This document shows, piece by piece, positions 43,993 through 52,267 of a stretch of 64,000 bases of DNA (the first letter of the stretch is position 1; each line of letters starts with the position of its first letter). Source of the DNA: Verrucomicrobiota bacterium (lineage in GTDB: Bacteria; Verrucomicrobiota; Verrucomicrobiia; Limisphaerales; JACDHS01); NCBI GenBank assembly GCA_013820875.1, contig JACDHS010000003.1, positions 26,952-90,951 on the forward strand, written 5' to 3'. The translations under genes and the position numbers were made by a program. The notes under the pieces are model-generated. The model was not told the DNA's origin. It saw only the letters and a program-made list of their open reading frames with translations, and did not search any database.

Positions 43993-46425
43993 ATGATTCG
44001 CAGCAGGTTATTTAAAATCGTCCTCGCGATCTTTGTTGCGGCGCTGGTCACTCTTGGTCTCTCCCGCATCAGCTTCAATGTGGACATCCTCAAACTGCTG
44101 CCACAGCAGTTGAACGAAGTTCAGGGCTTGTCGCTTTATCTCAAACATTTTGCGCGCCACACGGAGCTCATGATCACGCTGGAGGCTGAAGATTCCGGCG
44201 ATGCCGAAGTCTTTTCCGATTCGCTCGCTGAGTTTCTCCGAGAACGACCTGATCTCATCAAGAGCGTGGTGCATCGCGCCCCTTGGGAGGATCAGGCGTC
44301 CGAAACTTCTGAAATCATCGCCTGGCTTTGGCTCAGTCAACCTCCCGGTCAAGTCGAAGCACTGCTGGCACGGCTCGGCTCGGATGAAGTCGCGAAGACA
44401 TTGGACAAAACGGTCCAGGAACTTAGCACTTCAATGGCGGTCCAGGAGGTCGCCACACTCAGCTACGATCCGTTGCGGTTGACTGACGTCATTGCCGAAG
44501 GAATGCAGGACAATGCCGGGCAATCAGAGTTTTCGTCTGCCGACGGCACGTTTCGCGTCCTCTATGTGGAGGCGCCGGCGCGTCTTGCAAACTACCGGGA
44601 AATCATTGGTTGGGTGCATGATGTCAAAGCATTATTGGCCGAATGGAAAAGCGCGGAAGAGGGTGGCGACAACGTTTCGATTGGAGTGACGGGTGAGCCT
44701 GCGTTTGTGGCGGAGATATCCGGTGGAATGGAACGCGACATGCACGTCTCGGCAGGTTCCACCATCATGATTATCGGGATCATTTTCTGGCTCTTCTATC
44801 GCAGGGTAAAACCGCTCAATTATTTGTTGCTGCTGTTGGTCGCGGTGTTTGTCGGATCGCTCGCCGTCTCCGGATTCGTGCTGAACGAACTGACCGTCAT
44901 CAGCGTGGGCTTCGCTTCGATCCTGATTGGACTGAGCGTTGATTATGGAGTGGTTCTCTATCAGGAATTGCTCGGCAACGATGTGCAAGCCGCAAAACGC
45001 CGTGCCCGTTCAGGAATTATCTGGGCGGCACTCACCACTGCGGCGGCTTTCGCATGTTTGAACGCAAGCGGATTACCCGGATTGGCGCAGTTGGGCACGA
45101 TGGTTGCCATCGGCGTCCTGCTGGGCGCTTTTGTGATGCTGACTTTTCTCCCGAACCTGGTCTTCAAGTCTGCAACACAATCTCCGCAGAACACTCCGAG
45201 TGGACCGATTGACGCGTTCTTGAATTCGGCAAAGGCATTGAAAGGCGTCGCTTTCACGATTGTCATCACCCTTCTCGTCCTCGGAGCAGCCCTCTGGATG
45301 AAAGGCTTGCCAGAACTCGAAAGCAATTCGCGTCCGTTGCGTCTGCGACACAGCCTCGCTTACGAGACGATGGACCGGATCTACATGAAGCTGGCGGATT
45401 CGCGAGAGATGCTGACGTTGCTGGTCTCGGGCAAAAACCCGGAACAGGTCCAAACGCGTCTTAGTGCTGTGGACGCCAAACTGGCCGTTATGGAAACCAA
45501 CGGCTTGATCAATCAAAGCATGTTGCCCGTGGCATTCTGGCCCGTTGCCAAAAATCAGAAAACCAATCTCGAACGGCTCAAGTCGTTGACCGCTCGCAAG
45601 GAGTCTCTGAAGGAACAAGTTTTGGCCGCCGATTTTACCGACGAATCTTTCCTGTTGGTGGAATCGGTGATGCAGCATTGGGACGACTGGAGTTCGCGTG
45701 AGCCGATGATCTGGCCGGAAAACGATGTGAGCCGATGGATGCTCCGGCAGAACGTGTTTCATGACAGTGAAAATTTTCTCGCTGTCGGTCTGGTTCGCCC
45801 GGTGGATGCGCGATCGGAAGCGTTTCAAAACGCGCTGGATGGCTTGAAGTCCGAAGGCATTTACATAGCAGGCTGGGAACAACTCGGGCGTTCAGTCACG
45901 GATTCAGTTTCGGAAGAAATGTTGAAAGTCCTCCTGTTACTGATGGGAGTCTTGCTGCTGATGCTGAGTTTGGCATTTCGCAATGTGCTGGAAGTGGCAC
46001 TGATTTTTGGATTGCTCGCGCTAAGTTTTGTTTCGTTGTTGGGAGCGATGGCGTTGCTTGGTTTAACCTGGAACCTATTCAACCTGACTGCGTTGTTGTT
46101 GCTTCTCGGCACCGGTGTGGATTACAGCATCCACATCCTGCTCGCGTTGCGAAAGAGCGGAGGCAATGTTATCGAAGTGCAAAAGACGACCGGCAAAGCG
46201 ATTCTGGTTTGCGGGTTGTCCACATGCGCCGGTTTCGGTTCGCTCAGTTGGGCAAGCAATATCGGCCTCGCAAGTCTCGGCCAGGTTTGTGCGCTCGGAA
46301 TTTTGTTAAACCTGCTGATTTCGGTTTTCCTCCTGCCACACCTTTGGATTTGCTTTGCAGGGAAAGGGCGGATGCAAACATCCAATCTACCGATCTCCTC
46401 TGATTGTGCTGTGGAAAAGAAGTGA
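43993..46425 (+). CDS. MMPL/RND-superfamily exporter
   Basis: 810 aa with two 5-6-TM bundles, each preceded by a large soluble domain. The N-terminal TM is followed by the predicted-exporter architecture. Confidence 0.75.
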   Translation: MIRSRLFKIVLAIFVAALVTLGLSRISFNVDILKLLPQQLNEVQGLSLYLKHFARHTELMITLEAEDSGDAEVFSDSLAEFLRERPDLIKSVVHRAPWEDQASETSEIIAWLWLSQPPGQVEALLARLGSDEVAKTLDKTVQELSTSMAVQEVATLSYDPLRLTDVIAEGMQDNAGQSEFSSADGTFRVLYVEAPARLANYREIIGWVHDVKALLAEWKSAEEGGDNVSIGVTGEPAFVAEISGGMERDMHVSAGSTIMIIGIIFWLFYRRVKPLNYLLLLLVAVFVGSLAVSGFVLNELTVISVGFASILIGLSVDYGVVLYQELLGNDVQAAKRRARSGIIWAALTTAAAFACLNASGLPGLAQLGTMVAIGVLLGAFVMLTFLPNLVFKSATQSPQNTPSGPIDAFLNSAKALKGVAFTIVITLLVLGAALWMKGLPELESNSRPLRLRHSLAYETMDRIYMKLADSREMLTLLVSGKNPEQVQTRLSAVDAKLAVMETNGLINQSMLPVAFWPVAKNQKTNLERLKSLTARKESLKEQVLAADFTDESFLLVESVMQHWDDWSSREPMIWPENDVSRWMLRQNVFHDSENFLAVGLVRPVDARSEAFQNALDGLKSEGIYIAGWEQLGRSVTDSVSEEMLKVLLLLMGVLLLMLSLAFRNVLEVALIFGLLALSFVSLLGAMALLGLTWNLFNLTALLLLLGTGVDYSIHILLALRKSGGNVIEVQKTTGKAILVCGLSTCAGFGSLSWASNIGLASLGQVCALGILLNLLISVFLLPHLWICFAGKGRMQTSNLPISSDCAVEKK

Positions 46426-46444
46426 TAGAAGTTGCCCGCAAAAC

Positions 46445-47587
46445 TCAACTCGCCTTATGCGTGCAAACCAAATCTTTTGCGGGATCAACACCCCATCGCT
46501 CTGCCTCGATTAGGTGATCATTGGAAATACCCCAGCGATCCGGTTGCGGTTCGCCGATGTGACCCGGATTAGCGCCCTTCAATTCCATGCAACCCTTGTT
46601 GTTGCCGATGTGCGCAATCCGTTCGCAATCCTCTTCGTCGATTTTGATTTCCGGTAACTGCGCCAGTTCATCCACCTTGGATTCGATCGATTTCGCCTTG
46701 GCACCGATCTCTTGAATGATCGTTGGCACCACGCTTTCCACCGCGCGCTGGGTGAGATTCCACAAGCAGGCGAGTTGCAGCATCGTGACGTTATACTTCT
46801 CCGCCATCTCGCGAAGTTGGTTTAGCTTTTCGTAACCGGTTTCGACCCAGCCATCCGGACGGAACGAACGATGATCCTGCGCTCCGAATTCGTGACCGGG
46901 TTTGACGTCGTCATGAAAAATGCCGCCGTAATCCACCACCCGCGTGATCAGTTTTACCTTCTGCGCTTCAGCCGCTGACAAAATCATGTTCCCCGGCCAC
47001 GGTTCGAATGGATTCAAAATAATCATCCCCCAATCGAGCAACGGCCCGAAACGTTCGAAGTTGAGAAGGATGTCGAGCGTGAAGCCATTGGCAGGGCCAG
47101 GAGCGATGCCGATCCGATCGCTCAACTTCTCTTCCTTCAAACTGTTCATCGCCGTCCAAACCGCATCGCTCGTGTAACCGATCGAATCCGGATTGTGCAA
47201 CATCAGCAGATCGAACTTATCTGTGCGACAACGTTCCAAAGATTTCTCCGTGGCCATGCGCAGGTAATCTTTGAACTCTTTTGGCTGACGCAGTGTTGGA
47301 TCGGTAAAGCGAGGAAAACCTTTGGATCCCTGGCGTTGTCCTTTGTAAAAATCGTGCCCGATCATGCCGACGAGACAGTAGGATTCGCGCGGCAAACCAG
47401 CGAGGGCACGACCGAGCATGTCGTCCGCGGCGCCGACACCGTAAACATCCGCCGTCATGAAGGTGCGAACGCCCATCTTGTAAGCATGTTGCACCACACT
47501 GATCCAGCGTTCATCCGACAACGCTTCGCCGTAATGCATGAAGCGGCCGCCATTCCAGGTCCCGTAAACTGTGCGAGTCAAATCCAT
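46445..47587 (-). CDS. Aldo/keto reductase family oxidoreductase
   Basis: 380 aa. Contains FMTADVYG, LLMLHNPD and other AKR-like TIM-barrel motifs. Confidence 0.75.
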   Translation of the reverse strand: MDLTRTVYGTWNGGRFMHYGEALSDERWISVVQHAYKMGVRTFMTADVYGVGAADDMLGRALAGLPRESYCLVGMIGHDFYKGQRQGSKGFPRFTDPTLRQPKEFKDYLRMATEKSLERCRTDKFDLLMLHNPDSIGYTSDAVWTAMNSLKEEKLSDRIGIAPGPANGFTLDILLNFERFGPLLDWGMIILNPFEPWPGNMILSAAEAQKVKLITRVVDYGGIFHDDVKPGHEFGAQDHRSFRPDGWVETGYEKLNQLREMAEKYNVTMLQLACLWNLTQRAVESVVPTIIQEIGAKAKSIESKVDELAQLPEIKIDEEDCERIAHIGNNKGCMELKGANPGHIGEPQPDRWGISNDHLIEAERWGVDPAKDLVCTHKAS

Positions 47588-47736
47588 GTCTTAATTACTG
47601 CGAAGAAACGCCAGAGTTTCAAATTTTCTTTTGAGGTAAATATGAAGCGTTTTACGCGAACATTCAGAAATACGCGATTCTTCCAGAGCGAGTCCCTAAT
47701 TCGTGTCCGTTGTAAAAATTTTCCGCTGAATACTGA

Positions 47737-48110
47737 ACCTTGTGCAAGACGGCCCTCAAAAAAGACTTTTTTGGCCAAAGTCAGGACCGTCTGGCCATCG
47801 AAACGGACTTTTTTGGCCGAAGTCAGGACTGACTTTGCTCAAAAAAGTCTTATCCGGCCAAAGTCAGGACTGACTTTGCTCAATAAAGTCTTTTCCAGCC
47901 AATGTCAGGACTGACTTTGCCGAAAAAACTCTTTTTCAGCCAAAGTCAGGACCGACTGCCCACCCAAACGGACTTTTATGGTCATTGTCAGGACTGACTT
48001 TGCTCAAAAAAGTCTTTTCTGACCGTTGTCAGTCCTGACTTTGGCCAAAAAACTCTTTTTTGAGCGTTGTCAGGACCGGGTCGGCCTTCCAAAAAAAGTC
48101 TTAGTCTCGC
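47737..48110. repeat. Tandem repeat array 2: 41-42-bp unit, 8 copies of two interleaved subtypes
   Basis: GTCAGGAC unit starts fall at 47780, 47822, 47863, 47904, 47945, 47987, 48028 and 48069. Subtype A is GTCAGGACTGACTTTGCTCAAAAAAGTCTT..., with the hairpin GACTTT/AAAGTC. Subtype B is GTCAGGACCG....AAACGGACTTTT. Confidence 0.9.
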
Positions 48111-48190
48111 GTAACCGCCTCTCCATTAACGACTATTAGCGCAGAATAGCGATTTAACTTAAATCCGGCAGTTGAAAGACAAAGGAAGAA

Positions 48191-48300
48191 GGGAAACCAC
48201 AGATAGGCACAGATGAACACAGATATTTCAGCAGAAAAGCATTCACCTGTAGGGTGATCACCATTTTCTTCACAAACCCTTCTTATCTGTGTTCATCTGC
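48191..48300. repeat. REP-like inverted-repeat element, copy 2 (right arm truncated)
   Basis: The left arm is GGGAAACCACAGATAGGCACAGATGAACACAGAT (48191-48224). The right arm is only ATCTGTGTTCATCTG (48285-48299). Confidence 0.8.
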
Positions 48301-48387
48301 TTTTTCTAGGTTCAACTGCCGTTTCAAAGTTAAAGAAAACGCCCAGCTTCCATTTGCATGAAAGCGGGCGAAGACTTTTGAGGGCGG

Positions 48388-50544
48388 TTACTTCTGGATA
48401 TAATACTTTTCCGCGTATTGCTTCACCATGCGCCAGGTGTTGAATTCCGGGACGAGCGTCACCATTGCACGACGAATCTTTTGGATCCATTGGCGTGGAA
48501 TGCCGTTTGAGTCGCGTTCGTAAAAAGCAGGGATTACTTCTTCGGTCAGCACTTTGTAAGTGTTCGTTGAATCGACGCGATCCTGTTCTTCGATGGAATC
48601 AGGGTGCGAATCAGGTCCGATCGCAAATCCATTCGTGCCGTCGTAACCTTCGCGCCACCAACCATCCATGATGCTCATGTTGAGGCAACCATGGCAGCTC
48701 GCTTTCATTCCGCTCGTTCCGGACGCTTCCAGCGGACGACGCGGATTGTTCAACCAGACATCGCATCCGGAAACCATCTGCCGCGCGACATGGACATCGT
48801 AATTTTCAACGAAAACAAGATGTCCTTTCAATTCGCTGAATCGGCTTAGGTGAATGACTTTCTGAATGAAACGTTTGCCTTCGTCGTCGCGTGGATGAGC
48901 TTTGCCCGCAAAGATGAATTGCACCGGGCGTTGTTTGTCATGCACGAGCTTCACGACGTTTTCGAATTGTTCAAAGATCAGCGGCGCACGTTTGTAAGTC
49001 GCAAAGCGGCGCGCAAAACCGATCGTTAAAGCATCTGGATTCAACAGGTGATCGAAGGCAATGAAATCCCCCTGGGTCACGCGGTGTGTTTGCAGAAGCA
49101 ATCGGCGGCGGGCGAATTCAATCAATTCACGACGCAATTCATAGCGTAATGCCCACAATTCCTCGTCGGAAATGAAGCTCGGGTCTGCGACGCGCTTCCA
49201 GAACTCAGGCGAATTAATTTCATCTTCCCAACACGCCCCCTTCCGGCACTCGGAATCCGGTTGATTGAGTTTGCGACGCCAGAAACGGCGGACCGGACCT
49301 TTCATCCAGCCGAGCAAATGAATGCCATTGGTGACATGCCCTATGGGAACTTCCTCAAGCTTTTTACCCGGGAACATGGATTGCCACATATGACGACTGA
49401 CCTGCCCGTGCAGTTCGCTAACCCCGTTGGCAGCCCGTGACGCCCTCAAGGCCAGCACCGTCATGCAGAACGGTTCATGCGGGTTCACCTGCCCCAGCGC
49501 CATGAAATCGTCCATGTTCAACTTGAGTTGCTGCTGCATCTTGGTGAGCGCGTAGCCGATCAAGTCGCGATTAAAACGATCATGGCCAGCTTCAACCGGG
49601 GTGTGCGTGGTGAAAATACATTGCGGCTTGGTGGCCTCCATGGCCTGCGCAAAAGTTTTGCCAAGATTCATTTTTTCGCGAACCAGTTCGAGCGCGAGAA
49701 ATGCCGCATGCCCTTCATTCATGTGATAGACGGAAGGCTCAATTCCCAATGCACGGAACAAGCGAACGCCGCCGATCCCCAGCAGAATCTCCTGCATGAT
49801 TCGGGTGGTGTTGTCCCCACCATAAACGCGCAGAGTCAGTTCACGGAACCGCTGCTCATTTTCCGGGCGATTGGTATCGAGCAGGTAAACCGGGACGCGG
49901 CCAACATTGATGCGCCATGCCTGGAAATAAACTTCGCTCAATGCAATCTCGACGACGCAAACGAGCGGCTCACCTTTGTTGTCGAGCACCGGTTCGATCG
50001 GCAGATTCCTCGGGTTGAGCAGCGTGTAATATTCTGTCTGCCAGTTCTCCTGGTCGATTGCCTGTTGGAAATAACCTTCACGATAAAACAAGCTGACTCC
50101 AGCGAACCCAAGATCCAGGTCACTCGCAGACTTGGCATGGTCACCAGCGAGAATGCCGAGGCCACCCGCAGCGATCGGCAAGGTTTCATGGAAACCGAAC
50201 TCCGCGGAGAAGTAGGCGACGGGGTTTTTCTTGAGCTGAGGCGCGTTTGTCTGCCCCCATGTCTCGCGGTCTTTCATGTAGAAGTGGAACTGTCCCAGAA
50301 CATTTTTGACGCGGGAGCAGAATTCCGGATCCTGCAGGCGCACGCGCAGTTCGTATTCGGAAACTTCGTGGAGGACAGCCACCGCGTTATGGTAAAGGTG
50401 CTGCCAACTGCGAGGTGACAACTCCTGAAAGAGTTCCTGGGCATCCTGGTTCCAGGTCCACCAGAGGTTATGGGTCACGCGATGCAAGCCTGCTACCAGG
50501 TCATTCAATTCAGCCGAGGAAAGAGGTCCAGATGTCATAGTCAA
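48388..50544 (-). CDS. glgP: Alpha-glucan phosphorylase (GT35)
   Basis: 718 aa. Contains GGLGILAGDH and EASGTSGMKA (the pyridoxal-phosphate Lys region). Confidence 0.9.
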   Translation of the reverse strand: MTMTSGPLSSAELNDLVAGLHRVTHNLWWTWNQDAQELFQELSPRSWQHLYHNAVAVLHEVSEYELRVRLQDPEFCSRVKNVLGQFHFYMKDRETWGQTNAPQLKKNPVAYFSAEFGFHETLPIAAGGLGILAGDHAKSASDLDLGFAGVSLFYREGYFQQAIDQENWQTEYYTLLNPRNLPIEPVLDNKGEPLVCVVEIALSEVYFQAWRINVGRVPVYLLDTNRPENEQRFRELTLRVYGGDNTTRIMQEILLGIGGVRLFRALGIEPSVYHMNEGHAAFLALELVREKMNLGKTFAQAMEATKPQCIFTTHTPVEAGHDRFNRDLIGYALTKMQQQLKLNMDDFMALGQVNPHEPFCMTVLALRASRAANGVSELHGQVSRHMWQSMFPGKKLEEVPIGHVTNGIHLLGWMKGPVRRFWRRKLNQPDSECRKGACWEDEINSPEFWKRVADPSFISDEELWALRYELRRELIEFARRRLLLQTHRVTQGDFIAFDHLLNPDALTIGFARRFATYKRAPLIFEQFENVVKLVHDKQRPVQFIFAGKAHPRDDEGKRFIQKVIHLSRFSELKGHLVFVENYDVHVARQMVSGCDVWLNNPRRPLEASGTSGMKASCHGCLNMSIMDGWWREGYDGTNGFAIGPDSHPDSIEEQDRVDSTNTYKVLTEEVIPAFYERDSNGIPRQWIQKIRRAMVTLVPEFNTWRMVKQYAEKYYIQK

Positions 50545-50666
50545 ATTTGTTTCAGAACGCTAGAGATGCAAAGGATTCGCGCAAACAAATTTTTACCGAC
50601 ATTTCTTCAAAGGAAATGGGTGTTTGCCCTGATTGGGCCGCGATTGGAACCGGCAAGATACCTAAT

Positions 50667-51356
50667 CTAATCGCGGGTAATGGCGATGAGCGCCTGCTCC
50701 AATTGAAGACGCAGTCGCTCGCGTTCCTCGTCGGTGGCGTCGCGTGGGATGATGATCGCTTCGCCGAATTCGATCTCACATTTTGCGAAGGGCAGGGGAA
50801 TTTGGAAGTTGTCCCAGCTTTTCGCGCAGACCTTTGATGAAATGAAAGCGGCCACCGGAATGATCGGCAAACCAGTGAGTTGAGCGAGTGCAACCACGCC
50901 GTTTTGAATTTTGTATTTCGGTCCGCGCGGTCCGTCCGGGGTGATTGCAATATTGAACCCATGTTCAGCGCTGGTAGTTGCCTCGAGCAAAGCCTGGTTG
51001 CCACGCCGACTGCTCGATCCTCGCACTGCTTTAACACCAAATTTCCCCAACACATCTGCCAGCAGTCCACCATCTTTGCTGGCGCTGATCACCGCCGCCA
51101 ATCCTTTGGCTGGACGTTTCTTGCGGGTCCAACGGTGGTAAATGAACATCGAAAGCGCGAGGCGATTATGCCAGATGCAATAGATGACCGGGCCTTGCTG
51201 GCCTTGAAATTCGCCGGAACGATCGCTCCATCGCGCGCGCCAGGTGAGCATCACAACTTTTGCCGACTGAACGATCAAAAAAGAGACCAGGCGCTGATGC
51301 CATTTAACGGAATGCGGAACAACGATTTTTCCTTTAGATGACGTTGTCGCCGACAT
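50667..51356 (-). CDS. DUF374 lysophospholipid-acyltransferase-like protein
   Basis: 229 aa. IYCIWHNRL and ITPDGPRGPKY are typical DUF374 motifs. Confidence 0.65.
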   Translation of the reverse strand: MSATTSSKGKIVVPHSVKWHQRLVSFLIVQSAKVVMLTWRARWSDRSGEFQGQQGPVIYCIWHNRLALSMFIYHRWTRKKRPAKGLAAVISASKDGGLLADVLGKFGVKAVRGSSSRRGNQALLEATTSAEHGFNIAITPDGPRGPKYKIQNGVVALAQLTGLPIIPVAAFISSKVCAKSWDNFQIPLPFAKCEIEFGEAIIIPRDATDEERERLRLQLEQALIAITRD

Positions 51357-51357
51357 G

Positions 51358-51963
51358 TCAGGTGTTTTTCTTTAAGGCGGCGCGCACGAGTTGGTCTGCT
51401 GAAGCTTCTCCTCCCAGGAGGGCTTGAGCAGCGCGCACGGAATCATGCGCTTCAATTTGTTTGAAACCGAGGGCCACCAAAGCAAGGACGGCATCGCTGA
51501 TCTTTTGGTCGGAATCAGAAAGTTGGCGCTCAGCGCTGGCGGCTTCAAGCGCGCCCGTCTGACCGATCTTGTCTTTCAGTTCAACGACTATGCGCTCAGC
51601 CGTTTTCTTGCCCACGCCGGAGATTTGTGACAGTGCTTTGAAATCGCTATTCGCCACCGCGCCCCGGAAGGCTGTGGCATTGATGCCGCTCAAAATGTTG
51701 AGCGCGATCTTTGGACCGATGCCGCTGACGGTATTAATGAGCAGGCGGAAGAGTTCGCGTTCACCCGCCGTCATGAAACCGTAAAGCACATGGGCATCTT
51801 CGCGAATGGTCAGATGGGTGAGAATCTTCACGTCGCATCCGGGCGCGGGAAGTTTGTCGAAAGAGGAAAGCGGAATCAGCACGTCGTACCCGACGCCATT
51901 CACATCCACCGTGATCTGCGTGGGAATTGATTCAACCAGTTTACCGCGAAGAAAAGTTATCAT
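51358..51963 (-). CDS. ruvA: Holliday junction branch-migration complex subunit RuvA
   Basis: Begins MITFLRGKLVE and contains VDVNGVGYDV, plus HhH motifs (VSGIGPKIAL, ISGVGKKTAERI). Confidence 0.92.
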   Translation of the reverse strand: MITFLRGKLVESIPTQITVDVNGVGYDVLIPLSSFDKLPAPGCDVKILTHLTIREDAHVLYGFMTAGERELFRLLINTVSGIGPKIALNILSGINATAFRGAVANSDFKALSQISGVGKKTAERIVVELKDKIGQTGALEAASAERQLSDSDQKISDAVLALVALGFKQIEAHDSVRAAQALLGGEASADQLVRAALKKNT

Positions 51964-52087
51964 TCCGAATACCGGACATTAAATGGAGGACGCTCCAAGC
52001 AATCAAGGAGAGAACTCCCGGACTTGCAAACTGTGTCCGGGGTCAGTTCGCTCCCACATCTGTTCTAAAAACAAAAACTATTCAGTA

Positions 52088-52238
52088 GAGAAACCACAGA
52101 TGGACACAGATGAACACAGATAGGAACAGGAAAACCCTTTGGGAAATTGTTGCGAATTCCACCACTCAACAGTCAACGAACTACAACGCGACCGCCCCGC
52201 CTTTATCTGTGTCCATCTGTGTTCATCTGTGGTTTCTC
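52088..52238. repeat. REP-like inverted-repeat element, copy 3 (most complete)
   Basis: GAGAAACCACAGATGGACACAGATGAACACAGATAGG (52088-52124) pairs with ATCTGTGTCCATCTGTGTTCATCTGTGGTTTCTC (52205-52238). It lies 30 nt downstream of the FtsK-like gene stop. Confidence 0.9.
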
Positions 52239-52267
52239 TTTTTTGTTCCCCTTTGAACTGTGCCTTA

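Noticed and set aside
47195-47914. 239-aa plus-strand ORF
   Set aside because: It is antisense to the well-supported aldo/keto reductase gene and then reads through tandem array 2, producing repetitive low-complexity peptide. It is an artefact.
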